Assembly: GCA_951406725.2 (NCBI GenBank)
Contig: OX597821.1
Location: forward strand, 101,928,001 to 101,992,000
From: Octopus vulgaris
Lineage: Eukaryota
Direction of reading: 5' to 3'
Length of the DNA stretch: 64,000 nucleotides
The position numbers and the translations under genes were made by a program. Below the pieces are notes generated by a model. That model saw only the letters and a list, made by a program, of their open reading frames with translations, searched no databases and had not been told where the DNA came from. Shown here one piece after another: positions 51,330-64,000 of this stretch; position 1 is the stretch's first letter, and each line of letters opens with the position of its first letter.

Positions 51330-51752
51330 AGTGGAGCGCTAAGAGCACCATCTCAGCGTGATCGTTGCCAGAGCAGCTAATGGCTTTTGTGCCCTGTGGC
51401 ACGTAAAAAGCACCATTCGAGTGTGATCGTTACCATTGTCACCTTACTGGTACGTGAAAAAACATTCAAGTGAGGTCATTGCCAGTGCCACTGGACCGGC
51501 TCCTGTGCAGGTGGCACGTAAAAAACACCATTTGAGCGTGGTTGTTGCCAGTACTGCCTGACTGGCCCTCGTGCCGGTGGCACGTAAAAGTACCCACTGC
51601 ACTCTCGGAGTGGTTGGCGTTAAGAAGGGTATACAGCTGTAGAAACTCTGCCAGATCAGATTGGAGCCTGGTGCAGCCATCTGGTTCGCCTGTCCTCAGT
51701 CAAATCGTCCAACCCATGCTAGCATGGAAAGCGGACGTTAAATGATGATGAT
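51330..51752 (+). mobile_element. Family B element, longest copy, with 4-5 internal ~50-65 nt repeat units
   Basis: Repeated GTGGCACGTAAAAAGCACC units followed by the standard tail and (ATG)n. Confidence 0.8.
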
Positions 51753-52609
51753 GGAGTGGGATACTGTGAGTTAAGTACACTTGGCTTCACATTAAGTCCC
51801 ACTGAGTGACACACTGGACAAATGTTTTTTTTACTATAGCCTGGGATCAAGGTAGACAGAAACTGTAGAAGCTTGCCAATATAAATGTGTGTGCGTGTGT
51901 GTGTGTGTATGCATCTTTGTCTTTATCATTATTAGGCAAACATAACTGTGCAGTTCGGCAAAAAGAGACCAACAGAATAACTACTGAAGTCGATTTGATC
52001 AACTAAACACTTTGAGGCAGTATTCCAGCTTAGTTAAAGATTGAAACGAGTAAAAGACTAAGGTGTATGTAACCCACGCCAGCATCGAACATGGACGTTG
52101 AAGGATGGTAAATTATATCATTGACTTAACAAAACACTTGACTAGCTGTGGGGCAGGTAGTTAATATCCTGTAACAAACTTTGTGGTTGTGTATTATATA
52201 ACAAAGACTCAGATAACCTAATCTACATGGCTGAAAATAGATATCACATGGTTGGAAGAGATTATTGCAGTGCTGTTATTGTTTAATCCACAGGCTTGCC
52301 CTGCTGGAGCAGACCTATGTTCAAAGATATTAGCTATGACAATCCTACCCCTAAATACAGTGTATCTAATATGACATTCAATATACCCACCACCATCACC
52401 ACGTTTATAAAGACACTAGGATGTAATGAAGGAGATTTGGTAGCTAACTTTAGCAGATCGAGCAACCACACATGATTTGTTAGAAAGTCGAAATGATCTG
52501 GTAAGTATGGTTGGATCCAATTAATAGTCATCAATCATTTAAAAGTCAATCAATCAAGCTGATCATTCATTAAGTAAATATCCCTCTGTTGGCAACCAAA
52601 TATTTCTTC

Positions 52610-53243
52610 CTCTGAATGAAAGGAAGATTGTATGATGTATGTAAATGAACAACAATTCTACATGTTAGTGAGATGTGGGCCGTGAATGCAGGACATGTGA
52701 AGGCTAGTATGCTCTGCTAGATGTGTAATGTAAGTATATATATATATTCAACAGAGTGCCAGTGTACTGAGAGAGAAGTTTGGCATAAGAGGAATTAGAT
52801 GCAATGTGCAAAAGAAAAGACTGTACTGGTTTAGTCATGTGATAAGGATGGATGTTGACAGTTCCATAATGCAGTGCTGATCACTCAAAGTTGATGGATC
52901 ACATGGAAGAGGAAGACCCAGGAAGGCAATGAGACAAAGTACTGAAGGACGACCTCAGGATGCTGAACCTTTCAGACAAGATGACAAAGGACCAAGATAC
53001 CTGGTGCCTTGTTATACTCAAGAAGACCCGTCCTCCACAGAAGTGTTAAGACCTGCAAGTATCCAGTGTCAGTGCCACATTTAGAGGCACCCGACACACA
53101 TTATAAAGTGATTGGCATTAGGAAGAGCATCCAGGTATAGAAGCCAAGCCAAATGAGACTGGAACTTCGTGCAGCTCCCCAGCTTGGGTTAAACTGTCCA
53201 ACCCATACCAGCATGGAAAGCAGATATTAAAGGATGATGATGA
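52610..53243 (+). mobile_element. RTE-clade LINE 3' fragment (degenerate ORF end + 3' UTR)
   Basis: From 52767: LREKFGIRGIRCNVQKKRLYWFSHVIRMD...GSHGRGRPRK (RTE RLRWFGHVxRM...GRGRPRK motif) with an in-frame stop, then the family B tail and (ATG)n. Confidence 0.8.
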
Positions 53244-55994
53244 GCCAAGACAAATATTGCAGGGCTCCAGGACTGCCAATCCCAAACTACTTTTGAAAAT
53301 CATGAAATTATTTAAGTAGATATAAATCTTTTTAAAGACTTGTGCATTTTCAACTTCTCTTTATGTATGAACATAAGTGTGTGTGTGTATATATATATAT
53401 ATATACACACACATATATACACATGCATATATGAATGTATGTATACACATATTCACACACATATATAAATACAATATGTATATTTATAATAGCCACTTCT
53501 GCATTATTCTTTTTTCCTTTGTCATCGACTGTATGACATCCAAATCCTTTACCATGTTTTATCAATGAACTCATCAATGTAAATATAATAACAGCACTTT
53601 ACATTTAGAGCCTTGATGATGATGATGATGATGATGATGTTTCCTAAGTTCCAGACTAGTAATTTCCATTCCCTAATACTTTATCTGCACAAGATTTTTT
53701 TTTTTGTAATGCTAAATTCTCTGAACAACCAACTGTTGGAACAACCCTTTATATTGTTCGACTTGTTTAGAAATAGCAGCTAAACACCACCAGAACTACA
53801 TCTTAAAGTTTTTATATTCCAAAGGACACATTAGATAATATAGTCCAGTTACTAATGCCCCCTTCTGTTACCATGCTTTTGGTTGAATTAACTGCCTTTA
53901 TTTCAACTACTGTTGAAAATCACTTCATAACTAGAAATTTGCATCCTTGAACGAATGGCGGTCTCAGGTAGACTGGTGTAAAAAGGGTTTAAAAAAAAAA
54001 AAAAAAAAAGAGGAAGATCGGTCGTGGTTGGAAAAGTTTTTGACTGTCATAGATCTGCGATCAGAGCAGGCCTAGGGCTAAATAGCAGCAACTCATCCAT
54101 CTACATTCTTCATCTCAGTAACTTCTCGAAGTTAGCACTTTGTTCATAAAAATGTATTATCGAGATAAATTGATTTGGTCAGTAAAGAAAAGACATCAGG
54201 GATCTGATTGATATTAAACATCAAAGTACATTCAAAAGTGATTTAACAAAGATAGTAACAAATAACTTATTTATAAATGTAGATTCCTTTACAGCAAAAA
54301 GTAAATATCATTGGGAATACATGAGTAATATCTATTATTTCAACATATCTACTCCAGCTTAGTTTATCACTCCTACGTACAGCTATTATATTCCATTAAG
54401 AGTGCTAGCTTAAGAAAAAGAAAGGCTTCGCCAAGTTAAAAAGGAAAACAGCTGGGAATGGGGGACCAAACTGAATGAGTCTTCATTGACTGTCAATTTT
54501 CTTAGTAAAAACTTTAAAGTCTGAATTACTACTACTCAAGGTGTTATTTCTATGTACAGGCTCTGCAGCAAAATTGACTTTGAAATTTAGTCTTTTCCAC
54601 AGAAGAGATATCCATGCAAAGAAGAAAAAAAAAGAACTTGCTGATGGGTGAAAAATTAAAGGGTGAGGTTAATATTCTGAATTATTCAACCCTATATGCC
54701 TATCCTACATACGACATTTGGGGTGCAGCAGGCTGTTTAGAGCACACACACAAAGTTTAATAGAATCTATTTTGCTCGGTCATAAAACCAACTCTTCAAA
54801 TTGGTTTTCTTCTAAAGCTCGCAAGGGCTCGTTTCGTTTGGGATTGAACTTCTCTGAAACTGAATTCATTCAGTCTTGACGTTACAGATTCTATCCTGAG
54901 CTGAAAGTGTTTCCACATCTACTATCAAAAATTTAAATATTATTCTTTTCATTTGATATTACATACGAACAGCTTAATATAGAATAAAATACATCACACT
55001 AGGCTGGAAAGTCTTGTAAACTAGATGAAAATTACTTAACAAAAAAAAGAAAGTTATATTAATGATGGTGTTGGCGACGACACACTCACAGAAATAATAG
55101 CTTGTTGTACTTGGTCAGGGACTGTACAATGAAATTAAGCTGAACCTAAAGTTTTAAGGAGGCCTTTCCTTCCTCAACTCGTTTTCACAGTACCCAGTTT
55201 AGAGTTTCCTCTAATCACTTTCAGTTAAAAGGACAGGAAAGATTCAAAGCCTTTCACTACATCATTACTATCACTTCTTTGTCCAATTACTTAATTATCA
55301 TGAAGTTTGCAAGTCTAGAAGAGAGCAAAATTTGCTTGTAGATGAAATTTCCAGTTTCTGATATTGAATATTAGGGAAAAAGTGCTCAGATGTTAATAAA
55401 AGCATCAATTTCTTTTTCTTTCTAGGAAAAAAAAGAACTTATTCCATTTTTTAAGTTGATAATAACAGAATTTCTTGAAAACTTTTTGAAATATTTTCTT
55501 AGTTTTACTCATCAGCTGTAAATTTTTTTGAAAATGAATAACTAAGGAATATAGAAACCACTTACACATTTCTATTTAATCGCAAATTTATTTTCAAGCG
55601 TTATAAATTAAAATATTTGAAATCTTTTCCCCATTCCAAATTTTTATGGAGCTACATCTAGGTTCTCGAAAATGACATAAGGTATCTTTTACAAAAGGCA
55701 TTTGGAGACTTCGTTTCTTAACTCGTAAAATATATTTTAAATATATTCAATGCATTTTGACAATAGGATTATAATCACAATTAGTCAAAATACCATTGAT
55801 CAAAATTGCTAAAAGTAATTTTACAAGACTCTTCATAAAAAAAAAGTCTAAAATAGATTTACTCTAGGCTAAAAAGACAAAGCGAAATATTTATAATATA
55901 TGTGGAGGGACAGGATATGATGACAAAGCCGAACAGAGAGAAAGAAAGAAATAGTTCACTGAAAGATAAACAGTGACAAGGGGAGAGGAGGAGA

Positions 55995-56226
55995 TTTCCC
56001 GCCATATCTTCACAGAGAAAGGGGGGAAGAAATCAAACAAGTGAAAAATTCCTGAATAAAATAAAACTTTAGTTCAATATTATGAAATGAATGTGTTAAA
56101 TAAATAAAAATTGGATGAGTTGTGGATTATTATACGTGACATGTCAGGATAAACTGCCAAATTACAGGTAATCAGAAATATAAACAACATTTTTTTCATA
56201 GACAAAAAAAGGTATATGGCGCCAAA
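55995..56226. promoter_or_regulatory. Two E2F consensus sites at the 5' end of intron 1
   Basis: TTTCCCGCCA at 55995-56004 (+) and TTTGGCGCCA at 56217-56226 (-); both match TTTSSCGC. Confidence 0.55.
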
Positions 56227-56349
56227 GCCAGATGATAAGAGAGGATAACAACAGCCGTGTGAAATATTTCGAAATATCACTGTCATTGAAAACATTAATA
56301 AAATAAATAAAACCTAAATTTATAGTGTAATAAAAAAAAAAAAGCTTAC

Positions 56350-56502
56350 CAGTTTGCCGCGATAGAACAACTGTTGTTGGGATGGCTCTGCATCAAACTT
56401 ATCCTTAATACTCTCTCGTAACTCTTCAACTTTGGTCAATTTGGAAAGTCCTTTCACCTTGACGGTTTTCTTCCCGTCGAAGGTCCGCACTTGGATCCAC
56501 AT
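56350..56502 (-). CDS. UHRF1: UHRF1 coding exon 1 (UBL N-half)
   Basis: [51 protein letters not shown] matches the UHRF1 N-terminus; donor GTAAGC; 153 nt, phase 0. Confidence 0.97.
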
Positions 56503-56765
56503 GACAAAAGGAGAAGATACGAATTCTAAAACTTGTGGATTGTTTTGTTATGGAAGAGTGCTGCTCAGCGATAAATGTAAGGATGATCGAGATAGGAGGT
56601 AGGAAAACGGCGCAAAGCCCTAGTTCAATTACTCGGCGAATTATATAAATAGTTCTAATCTCAGGCAATTCTTTTACAGTTGTTTATAATAGTGAACGAT
56701 TGATAGAATTGAGTTGGGAAGTTAATTGATCAGGCAAACACAACAAAACATGTCCCCTACCTTCC

Positions 56766-56788
56766 CCACGTGGTTCAGTGGCGGGAAA
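56766..56788 (-). promoter_or_regulatory. Candidate UHRF1 proximal promoter: CCACGTGG E-box and TTTCCCGCC E2F site
   Basis: CCACGTGG at 56766-56773 and GGCGGGAAA at 56780-56788, about 270 nt upstream of the ATG, in a locally CpG-retaining stretch. Confidence 0.6.
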
Positions 56789-57719
56789 CGAAATCACACG
56801 AGATTTAACGAGACACGAGCTTATTACTGCCCTAGATTGGGAAGAAATTGTAGCTTGCCTGGCAACGTAAGAAGCGGCTCAGTATACCATTATACCTACC
56901 ACCCTGCTTTTTAATCTTAGCTTGTGTCACTAGTCGAAGCCAATGTTATTTTTAATTTAAGACTGTATATTATACACCTCAAAATTACATCTAACTGTAT
57001 ATATAGTTTGTGAAAGTGTTTTTAATATCTAAACAACATCTGATAGTTTATATTCCTTATATAAAGACTTCAAAAGTAGAATAAATTGGTTTGCCGAGAG
57101 AAAAAGGAAAAGTTAGACGTTATGGGCGGCACTTTTTGTTGGAGGTGTTCATCTTTTCTAATAGTACTGAATTGATAGTGTCAAACGAAAACGGAGAACA
57201 AAATGTTAAATAGAGGAGAAATATTTAAGTTTCTTCAGACACAATTATTTACTTTATATCCTTTAGTTGGACCTGTTTAACAAGTAGCTTAATATCAAAA
57301 CCTTATTGAAGTAGATTAGAATTATATCAACCAATCAAAACACGTATTGACAGTTAGGGGCATCAGTGATCATGTAGTTGATATTTAGCCCTAGGTCAAA
57401 TCTGACTGAGCAAACCGATTATCTAAGGTACTTCAACTATGATTACCCCATCATGTGTGTGTGTGTGTACTCTTGTCTTGATATCATAGGATAATGATTT
57501 TAAACAAACATCACCATCATACAAGTGATATTGTTCATTTCTAGTCTTCCATTAAAAAATATATCTGACCCTGGGAAAACAGTACCTTGCGTGGAAACAT
57601 ACAAGGGTTGACCACAGGAAGGGCATCCAGCCATAGAAAATCTGCCTCAACAAATTCTGTCAGACCCATTAAAATATGAAAACATGGAAATTAAATGATG
57701 ATGGTGATGAAATAAATAA

Positions 57720-57850
57720 TCTTTGCATTTTGCTATTTGAAAGTTAAATTCATAAGATTGCATTATTTGTAAGAGTTCATTGTGAATAACAGAATCAAAT
57801 ACTTTTGCTGTATCATTGTAGAGAATATTTAAGGTGTTATTGTTAATAAT
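57720..57850 (-). mobile_element. LINE reverse-transcriptase relic (CR1/Jockey-like)
   Basis: ILYNDTAKVFDSVIHNELLQIMQSY resembles the RT motif IYLDFxKAFDxVxHxxLLxKLxxY. Confidence 0.55.
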
Positions 57851-58160
57851 AATACTAAGGTGAACTGGCAGAATCATTAGCACACTGGACAAAATGTTTA
57901 GTAGTATTTCATTTATCTTTATGCTCTGAGTTCAATTTCTGCCAAGGTCATCCTTTCAAGATCAATGAAATAAGTACTGGAGTTGATGTAATCAACTAGA
58001 CCCCTCCCCCAAAATTTTAGGCCACATAGAGGCTCTCTCATCTACTCTTCTACATTTGTTGTTTCTTGAGATAGTATGTAACTATATAGTTTTTTCTCCA
58101 AGATTGTATCCTGAAAGCAATAATATTGCACTTGAGATATTTGCTGTCTAGACAGTTTAT

Positions 58161-58434
58161 GTGGAGGCACATGGCTTAGTGGTTAGAACAGCAGATTCGC
58201 AGTCGAGGGATTGCAGGTTCGAATCTCAGACCAGGCAATGTGTGTGTTTATGAGCGAAACACCTAAGCTTCACACGACTCCGGCAGAAGGTAATAGTGAA
58301 CTTCTGCTGACTCTTTCACCACAACTTTCTCTCAGTCTTTCCATCTGCATCTTGCAGCTCACCTGCAGTGGATCGGCGTCCCATCCGGGTGGGGAATCTA
58401 TATGCCAAGGAAACCAGATTAAGAAGAGAGATGA
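58161..58434 (+). mobile_element. SINE family E (divergent subfamily) with 11-bp TSD
   Basis: tRNA head TGGCTTAGTGGTTAG...GGTTCGAATCTC; TSD AGACAGTTTAT at 58150-58160 and 58435-58445. Confidence 0.8.
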
Positions 58435-58449
58435 AGACAGTTTATAGAT

Positions 58450-58700
58450 ACAATTCCATTGGACAGTATGACTGAACTACAGTCATTCACTTCCTGTTCT
58501 TAGTGGTGAACTCTTCACAAAGACAAGGCCAACATTTTCAATAGCTTTCACTACAATGACAGAATTTCCAAAATTCAAGCAGGCTGTTTGGCCACGTTGC
58601 TCAATTTTCTGAGTCAGACCCTGCTTACCATGTTACCTTCACTAAGGATCCAACTTGTGCTGGTTGACCACATGCTACATGTTCATGGTAAATGAGGAGA
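58450..58700 (+). mobile_element. RTE-like LINE C-terminal relic
   Basis: RLFGHVAQFSESDPAYHV readable from 58581. Confidence 0.45.
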
Positions 58701-60609
58701 TATCTTACATAGATGGGGACTGACTGGGACTCTGTTCAACAGATTGCCAGGGAATATACCAAAAAATAGTGAATGCAGCCATGTGCTCTGACTCAATAGG
58801 CCTCTCATAAGTGAGTGAGTTTCTCTAAAGAGGCAAGCTGAGTTGCTTACAGAACCATTTAGGAGGTGTTTGATTTCATCATCATTTTCATGTTCACTTT
58901 TCCATGCTTGCATGGGTTGGATGAAGGTTACTGGGGCGAATTTTCTACAGGTAGATGCCTTTCTTGTTACCAATCTTCACCTGTTTCTGAGCAAGGTCCC
59001 AGAGGGACTGTTATGTCCACCATATGATTTAAAGTTTCTCCTCAATCCCACTTTACCTCCATGCATTCATCAACCACTTTTCAAAGGAAACAGGATGCAT
59101 TTCCTCATGGCTCCAGCACTCTAGAGTTTGTCTTGTAGTATGTAAAAATTAAATAGTCATCATTATTCTGTGATGTATTCATTCACTCAAGGTAATGTGA
59201 CAGAGAAGAAAGTTGGAAAGAAGTCAGTGACAACCAAAAACACTGGATGGGAGAGTGAAGGGAGCGAGAGTATAATAGTAGAAAGTGAGTGATTTGCAGT
59301 GAGAGGATGATAGAAGGGGAGCAAGAATGAAAAATAATAATGGTTCCACATTTTTTATATAAGATTAGTAATTTAAGGGGAGGGTTTGTCAATTACATTG
59401 ACTTTAGTGTGCTTACTAATACTTATTTTAATGATCCTGAAATTATGAAAAGCAAAGGCAACATCATCATCATCATCGTTTAATGTCCGCTTTCCATGCT
59501 AGCATGGGTTGGATGATTTGACCGAGGACTGGCGAACCAGATGGCTGCACCAGGCTCCAATCTGATCTGGCAGAGTTTCTCTCAGCAAAATTTGAACTCT
59601 GAATGCAAAGAGCCAGAAAAAAATGTTGCATTTTGTCTGATGCACTAGCTATTCAGTCAGCATGCTGGATATCTATAACAAGTAACCAAGCGATTGAGAT
59701 GTTGAGGGTTAAGTATATTGAATACAAACATATCTGATGCAATCTCTTATACATACAAGAACTCATGAAGGTGGAAGGAGAGAGCGATAAGGATGATGGT
59801 AGTGTAGTTGAAATATGGTAAGTCCTTTACCATCCCATCTTACTCAGGTGGTATCATAGGGTGAATGGAAAAGTGGCTGAATGTCAGAGAGACGCAAAGG
59901 TCTAACAGAAGAGATCTGCTGCCTTCCTTATTTTTACTGGCAGCATAATACAGTGAGTGGAAAATAGGATGTGTGACAGAGAGATGACTGATAGAAAAAA
60001 TGAGAGGGCGTTAAAAAGCTAGCAGGGAGTAGATGTAAACTTGACAACAGTTATATATATATATATTTATATTATATAGAGGGCATATATTCAAGTGAAA
60101 AAATTTACAGATTTTTTCTCTTATGAGGTTTTTCACGCTAACTTCTTGATAATTTCTTATGAAGATTTTATCCTATTTTTAAATTATATATATATATATA
60201 TGTACACACTTCGTTTTTGTATTTAGTTTGCAAACATATGTTTGGTGATACTAAGAGGAAAACAGAATTCAAAACAAACATGAGTATATATACGCATATA
60301 TATTTTATAATGTAATTTTTTATAAACTCTGTAATTGCTGCCAATTAATAATGTATGTATGTAAGTGTGTTTATTCATATATTCAAATAGTATATTTTAA
60401 ACGGCAAATTGTTTGATTAACAACCAGTATTAAAACCTCCCTCCATATGAATTTCATTTTGCGTACTGTAATTTTTCCTAGCTAAGTCCAAGGTTTGAGT
60501 GTTCCACAGAGTATATTTAGAAAAGACAACAAAACTAGAGAGCTTATTTGTATTGGCTGCACCATTCTTTTCCATTTATCTATCTATGGATAGATCTATC
60601 TGTCTATCA

Positions 60610-60980
60610 CAGGCATGGCTGTGTGGTAAGAAGTTTGCCTCCCAACTACATGGTTCCAGGTTCAGTCTCATTGCATTGCACCTTGAGCAAGTGTCCTCTG
60701 CTGTAGCTTTGGGCCAACCAAAGTCTTGTGAGTGGATTTGATAGAAACTGAAAGAAACCCGTTGTGTGTGTGTCTGTGTACCTGTGTTTGTTCCACCACC
60801 ACCACTTGACAACTGGTGTTGGTGTGTTTGTGTCCCTATAACTTAGCAATTCGGCAAAAGAGATCCAATAGAATATGTACCAGGCTTTAAAAAATAAGTA
60901 CTGGGATCGATTTGTTCGACTAATATTTCAAGGTGGTGCCCCAGTACGTCTGCAGTCTTATAACTGTAACAAGTAAAAAA
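60610..60980 (+). mobile_element. SINE family A
   Basis: GGCATGGCTGTGTGGTAAG head through ...GGTGCCCCAG tail. Confidence 0.8.
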
Positions 60981-61004
60981 TAAAAATAATAAATTTTTTT
61001 TAAG

Positions 61005-61157
61005 AAACAGACAGACAGATAGATAGATAGATAGATAGATAAACAGACAGACTGATAGGTAGACAGACTGATAGACAGACAGATAGATAGACAGACTGAT
61101 TGATAGATAGATACATAGATAGATAGATAGATAGATAAACAGACAGACTGATAGGTA
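61005..61157 (+). repeat. Compound (GATA)n/(GACA)n microsatellite
   Basis: Directly visible. Confidence 0.95.
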
Positions 61158-61643
61158 TATGTTTGTATGTAGAAGGATATGTTATGTCTCCTAACCTCCA
61201 TCACCATCAGTTTTAAAATTCATTTTACCAAGCCTGCATGGATAGACATATCTTCTCCCTTAGTGCATGCTGCTGGTCAACAAAACCCCTTGTTACCTTC
61301 TTTGTAAAATGCAACATCTTCAGATCACTCTCCACCACTTTATAACGAGTCCCAAGTCTCCTTGAGTCTCTCTGCCATATATGCATGTATGTATGTATGC
61401 ATGCATGCATCTCTGTATATATGTATGCATGTATGTATATATGCATGCATGTATGTATGTATGTGCAGATTTGTATGTATTCTCATACATATAGTTACAT
61501 ATCTAGACATGTTCATAAATATATATTTAAATGATAAACTTCTGGAAAGTTTTACAGATGTTTACAGTTCTAGTGATGGATTGGATCTGCAGTCTTCAAA
61601 TTTCCAGAAATCTTCACAGTTTCTCTTCTCTATCCCAAATCAT

Positions 61644-61731
61644 TATGTATGTATGTATGTATGTATGTATGTATGTATGTATGTATGTATGTATGTATGT
61701 ATGTATATATATGTATGTATGCATGCATACA

Positions 61732-61774
<43 letters not shown>

Positions 61775-61805
61775 GCATACATGTATGTATGCATTCATAC
61801 ATGCT
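61644..61805 (+). repeat. (TATG)n/(TA)n compound microsatellite
   Basis: Directly visible. Confidence 0.95.
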
Positions 61806-64000
61806 TCAGTCATTAGACTGCAACCATGTTGAGGCACCACCTTGAAGGGTTTAATTAAACAAATTGCCCCCAGTAATTACTTTTAATTTTCAAGTCTGGT
61901 ACTTACTCCATCAGAGTCTTTTGCTGAACCACTAAGTTACAGGAATGTAAACAAACCCACATCAGCTGCCAAGTGATTATGGGGGTAAACACAAATACAC
62001 ACACACACACACATATGTGCAGTCTCACACACATTCACATATATATGTATACAATAGGCTTGAATATAGTTTCCATCTGTCAAATCCACTCGCAAGACAT
62101 TGATCTGCCTACAACTATAGCAGAAAATACTTGCCTAATGTACCGTGCAGTGAAATTGAAACTGAAATACACATGATTACAAAGAGAACTTCTTAACCAC
62201 ACTCTCATGCTTATATCTATCTAACTATCTATCTCATTTCATCCATCTTACATTCTGAGTTCAAATTCTGCCAAGATCAACTTTGCCTTTCATCCTTTCG
62301 GAGCTGATAAAATAAGTACTAGTTGAACACTAAGGTTGATTTAACTGACTTACCCCCTCCCCCAAAATTGCTGGCCTTAACTCAAAATTTGAAACTTATA
62401 TTTCTAATGCTATTTCTGAAGCCCTTAAAAAGATTGAATTAATGACATTAAAACTGATAATCCCACTCTAAGTAAATATGGCATCAAACATGAACCTCTG
62501 GGAGAGCCTCTGGGTGCTCATGTCTAACCCTCTTGAAATATCAACCAAATCTCCCTCAGAAAACATCCAACAGTCTCAAAAAGGAAGAACATATTAGACA
62601 ATGTTGACCTAGATATTGAAGGCACGTGACTTATTGATTTGGGTATTGGGTTCACAATCATAAGGTTGCAAGCTCAATTTCCAGTGATGCACTGAGTCCT
62701 TCAGTAAGATTCTTTATTGTTCCCGTTCATTCAGCTGCTAAAGATAAGTAGTGCCTGTATTTCAAAGACTAGCCTTGTCACATTCTGTGTCATTCTGGGA
62801 ACTACATTAACAGTATGCATGTCTGTGGAGTGCTCAACCACTTGCACATTAATTTCATGAGCAGGCTGTTCAGTTGATCAACTCAACTGGAACTCTCATT
62901 GTTGTAAGTGACGGAGTGCCAGTCAGACCTAGATAAAAGATACAGGGTGGTCATGGTTGGAATTCCTTGGATTATAGGATAGATCAGTCAGAATTGGTCT
63001 AAGCAACTGTAGCACAAGATTTGACAGAAATTCTAAATGGCTGTGCAGCTACCAAAATTTCACCTCAAGAAATTTCTATACTGTTGTTATCATGAGCACC
63101 ACATGTTTAAAATTCTATGATTACAGTGTATATTAGTGTTCAATACAAATATAAAAACAAAGAGTTCTCAAAAAGAGTAATGCGCAAAATCCTTTTTCAC
63201 TCTGGATGCAAGGCCTGAAATTTGGAGAATGGGGATTGTTGATTACATCAACCCCAGTGCTCAACTGATATTTATTTCATCAACCCTGAAAGGATGAAAG
63301 GCACAGTTGAACTCAGGATGTAAATAATAATACACAAAATATTCTTTTCTGCTCTGGGCACAAGGCCTGAAATTTTAGGAGGGTGGGGGGTCAGTCGATT
63401 AGATTGACCCCAGAATGTAACCGGTACTTAATTTATTGACCCCAAAAGGATGAAAGGCCAAGTCAACCTCGGCAGAATTTGAACTCAGTACGTAAAGACA
63501 GATGAAATACCACTAAGCATTTCGCCCAGTGTGCTAATGTTTCTGCCAGCTTGCCACCTTACACAAAATAAGTATTATCTTCTCTTCACTGAGGCAAAGT
63601 TTGCTGAACTAATACCAGGACCAACAAAAAGAAGAAATAAATCTTTGTAATCAAAAAAGAACAGAGTATATTATATTTATTGATGTATGACATGCACTCA
63701 TATATAATATTAAATCCAAAATAAATATATCTTATGTACAGTGACATTTTTTACTATTGTGATTTATGGAAAAAGAAAGTGCTTGCTCACTTGTAGTTCT
63801 AATTGGTGTGTAGCTGCGTATATAAAATACATTGCAAAAGCTCAGGCACCCTCAACCAAAAAAGTAGATTTGAAAGTGACCTTTGAACTTTTCCAATGTA
63901 GACCATAAAAGTGCATTTGCAGTAAAGTTAACATTGTCTAAATCATATTAACCTTTTTTTTATTTCATGATAAAAAAAGTGCTTATTTTACAAGAACAAA

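Larger units (their letters stand above)
1..56502 (-). other. UHRF1: UHRF1 gene span (E3 ubiquitin ligase, hemimethylated-DNA reader); 3' end including RING domain is outside the window
   Basis: 14 exons splice in frame to give the UBL-TTD-PHD-SRA domain order diagnostic of the UHRF family. Confidence 0.96.

Noticed and set aside
51385-51600. CRISPR-like array of GTGGCACGTAAAAAGCACC repeats with spacers
   Set aside because: The spacers are homologous to each other, the unit is part of a dispersed eukaryotic retro-repeat, and there are no cas genes.
56726-57200. Divergent gene sharing a bidirectional promoter
   Set aside because: The 62-aa ORF has no recognisable homology, and the downstream 7 kb shows only repeats and no convincing exons.

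Overview
AT-rich, repeat-dense animal genomic DNA. The SINE/MITE families and microsatellite style suggest an octopus or other coleoid cephalopod (inference, not checked by a search). One protein-coding gene occupies most of the window: UHRF1 on the minus strand, ATG at 56502. I reconstructed 14 coding exons with continuous reading frame (2263 nt, about 754 codons) covering UBL, tandem Tudor, PHD, SRA and the start of the polybasic linker. The RING-encoding 3' end lies beyond position 1. Intron 1 is about 35.8 kb and intron 12 has a GC donor. The promoter region has clustered E2F sites and a CACGTG E-box. The rest is tRNA-headed SINEs, RTE/CR1 and Tc1/mariner relics, TTAA-flanked piggyBac-type MITEs, hAT MITEs, non-autonomous Helitrons and microsatellites. 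The most unusual object is a ~480-bp head-to-head palindrome in intron 4. Each arm has a tRNA-derived Pol III head joined to a minimal Penelope-type hammerhead ribozyme motif. Exon boundaries were read base by base; repeat boundaries are approximate.
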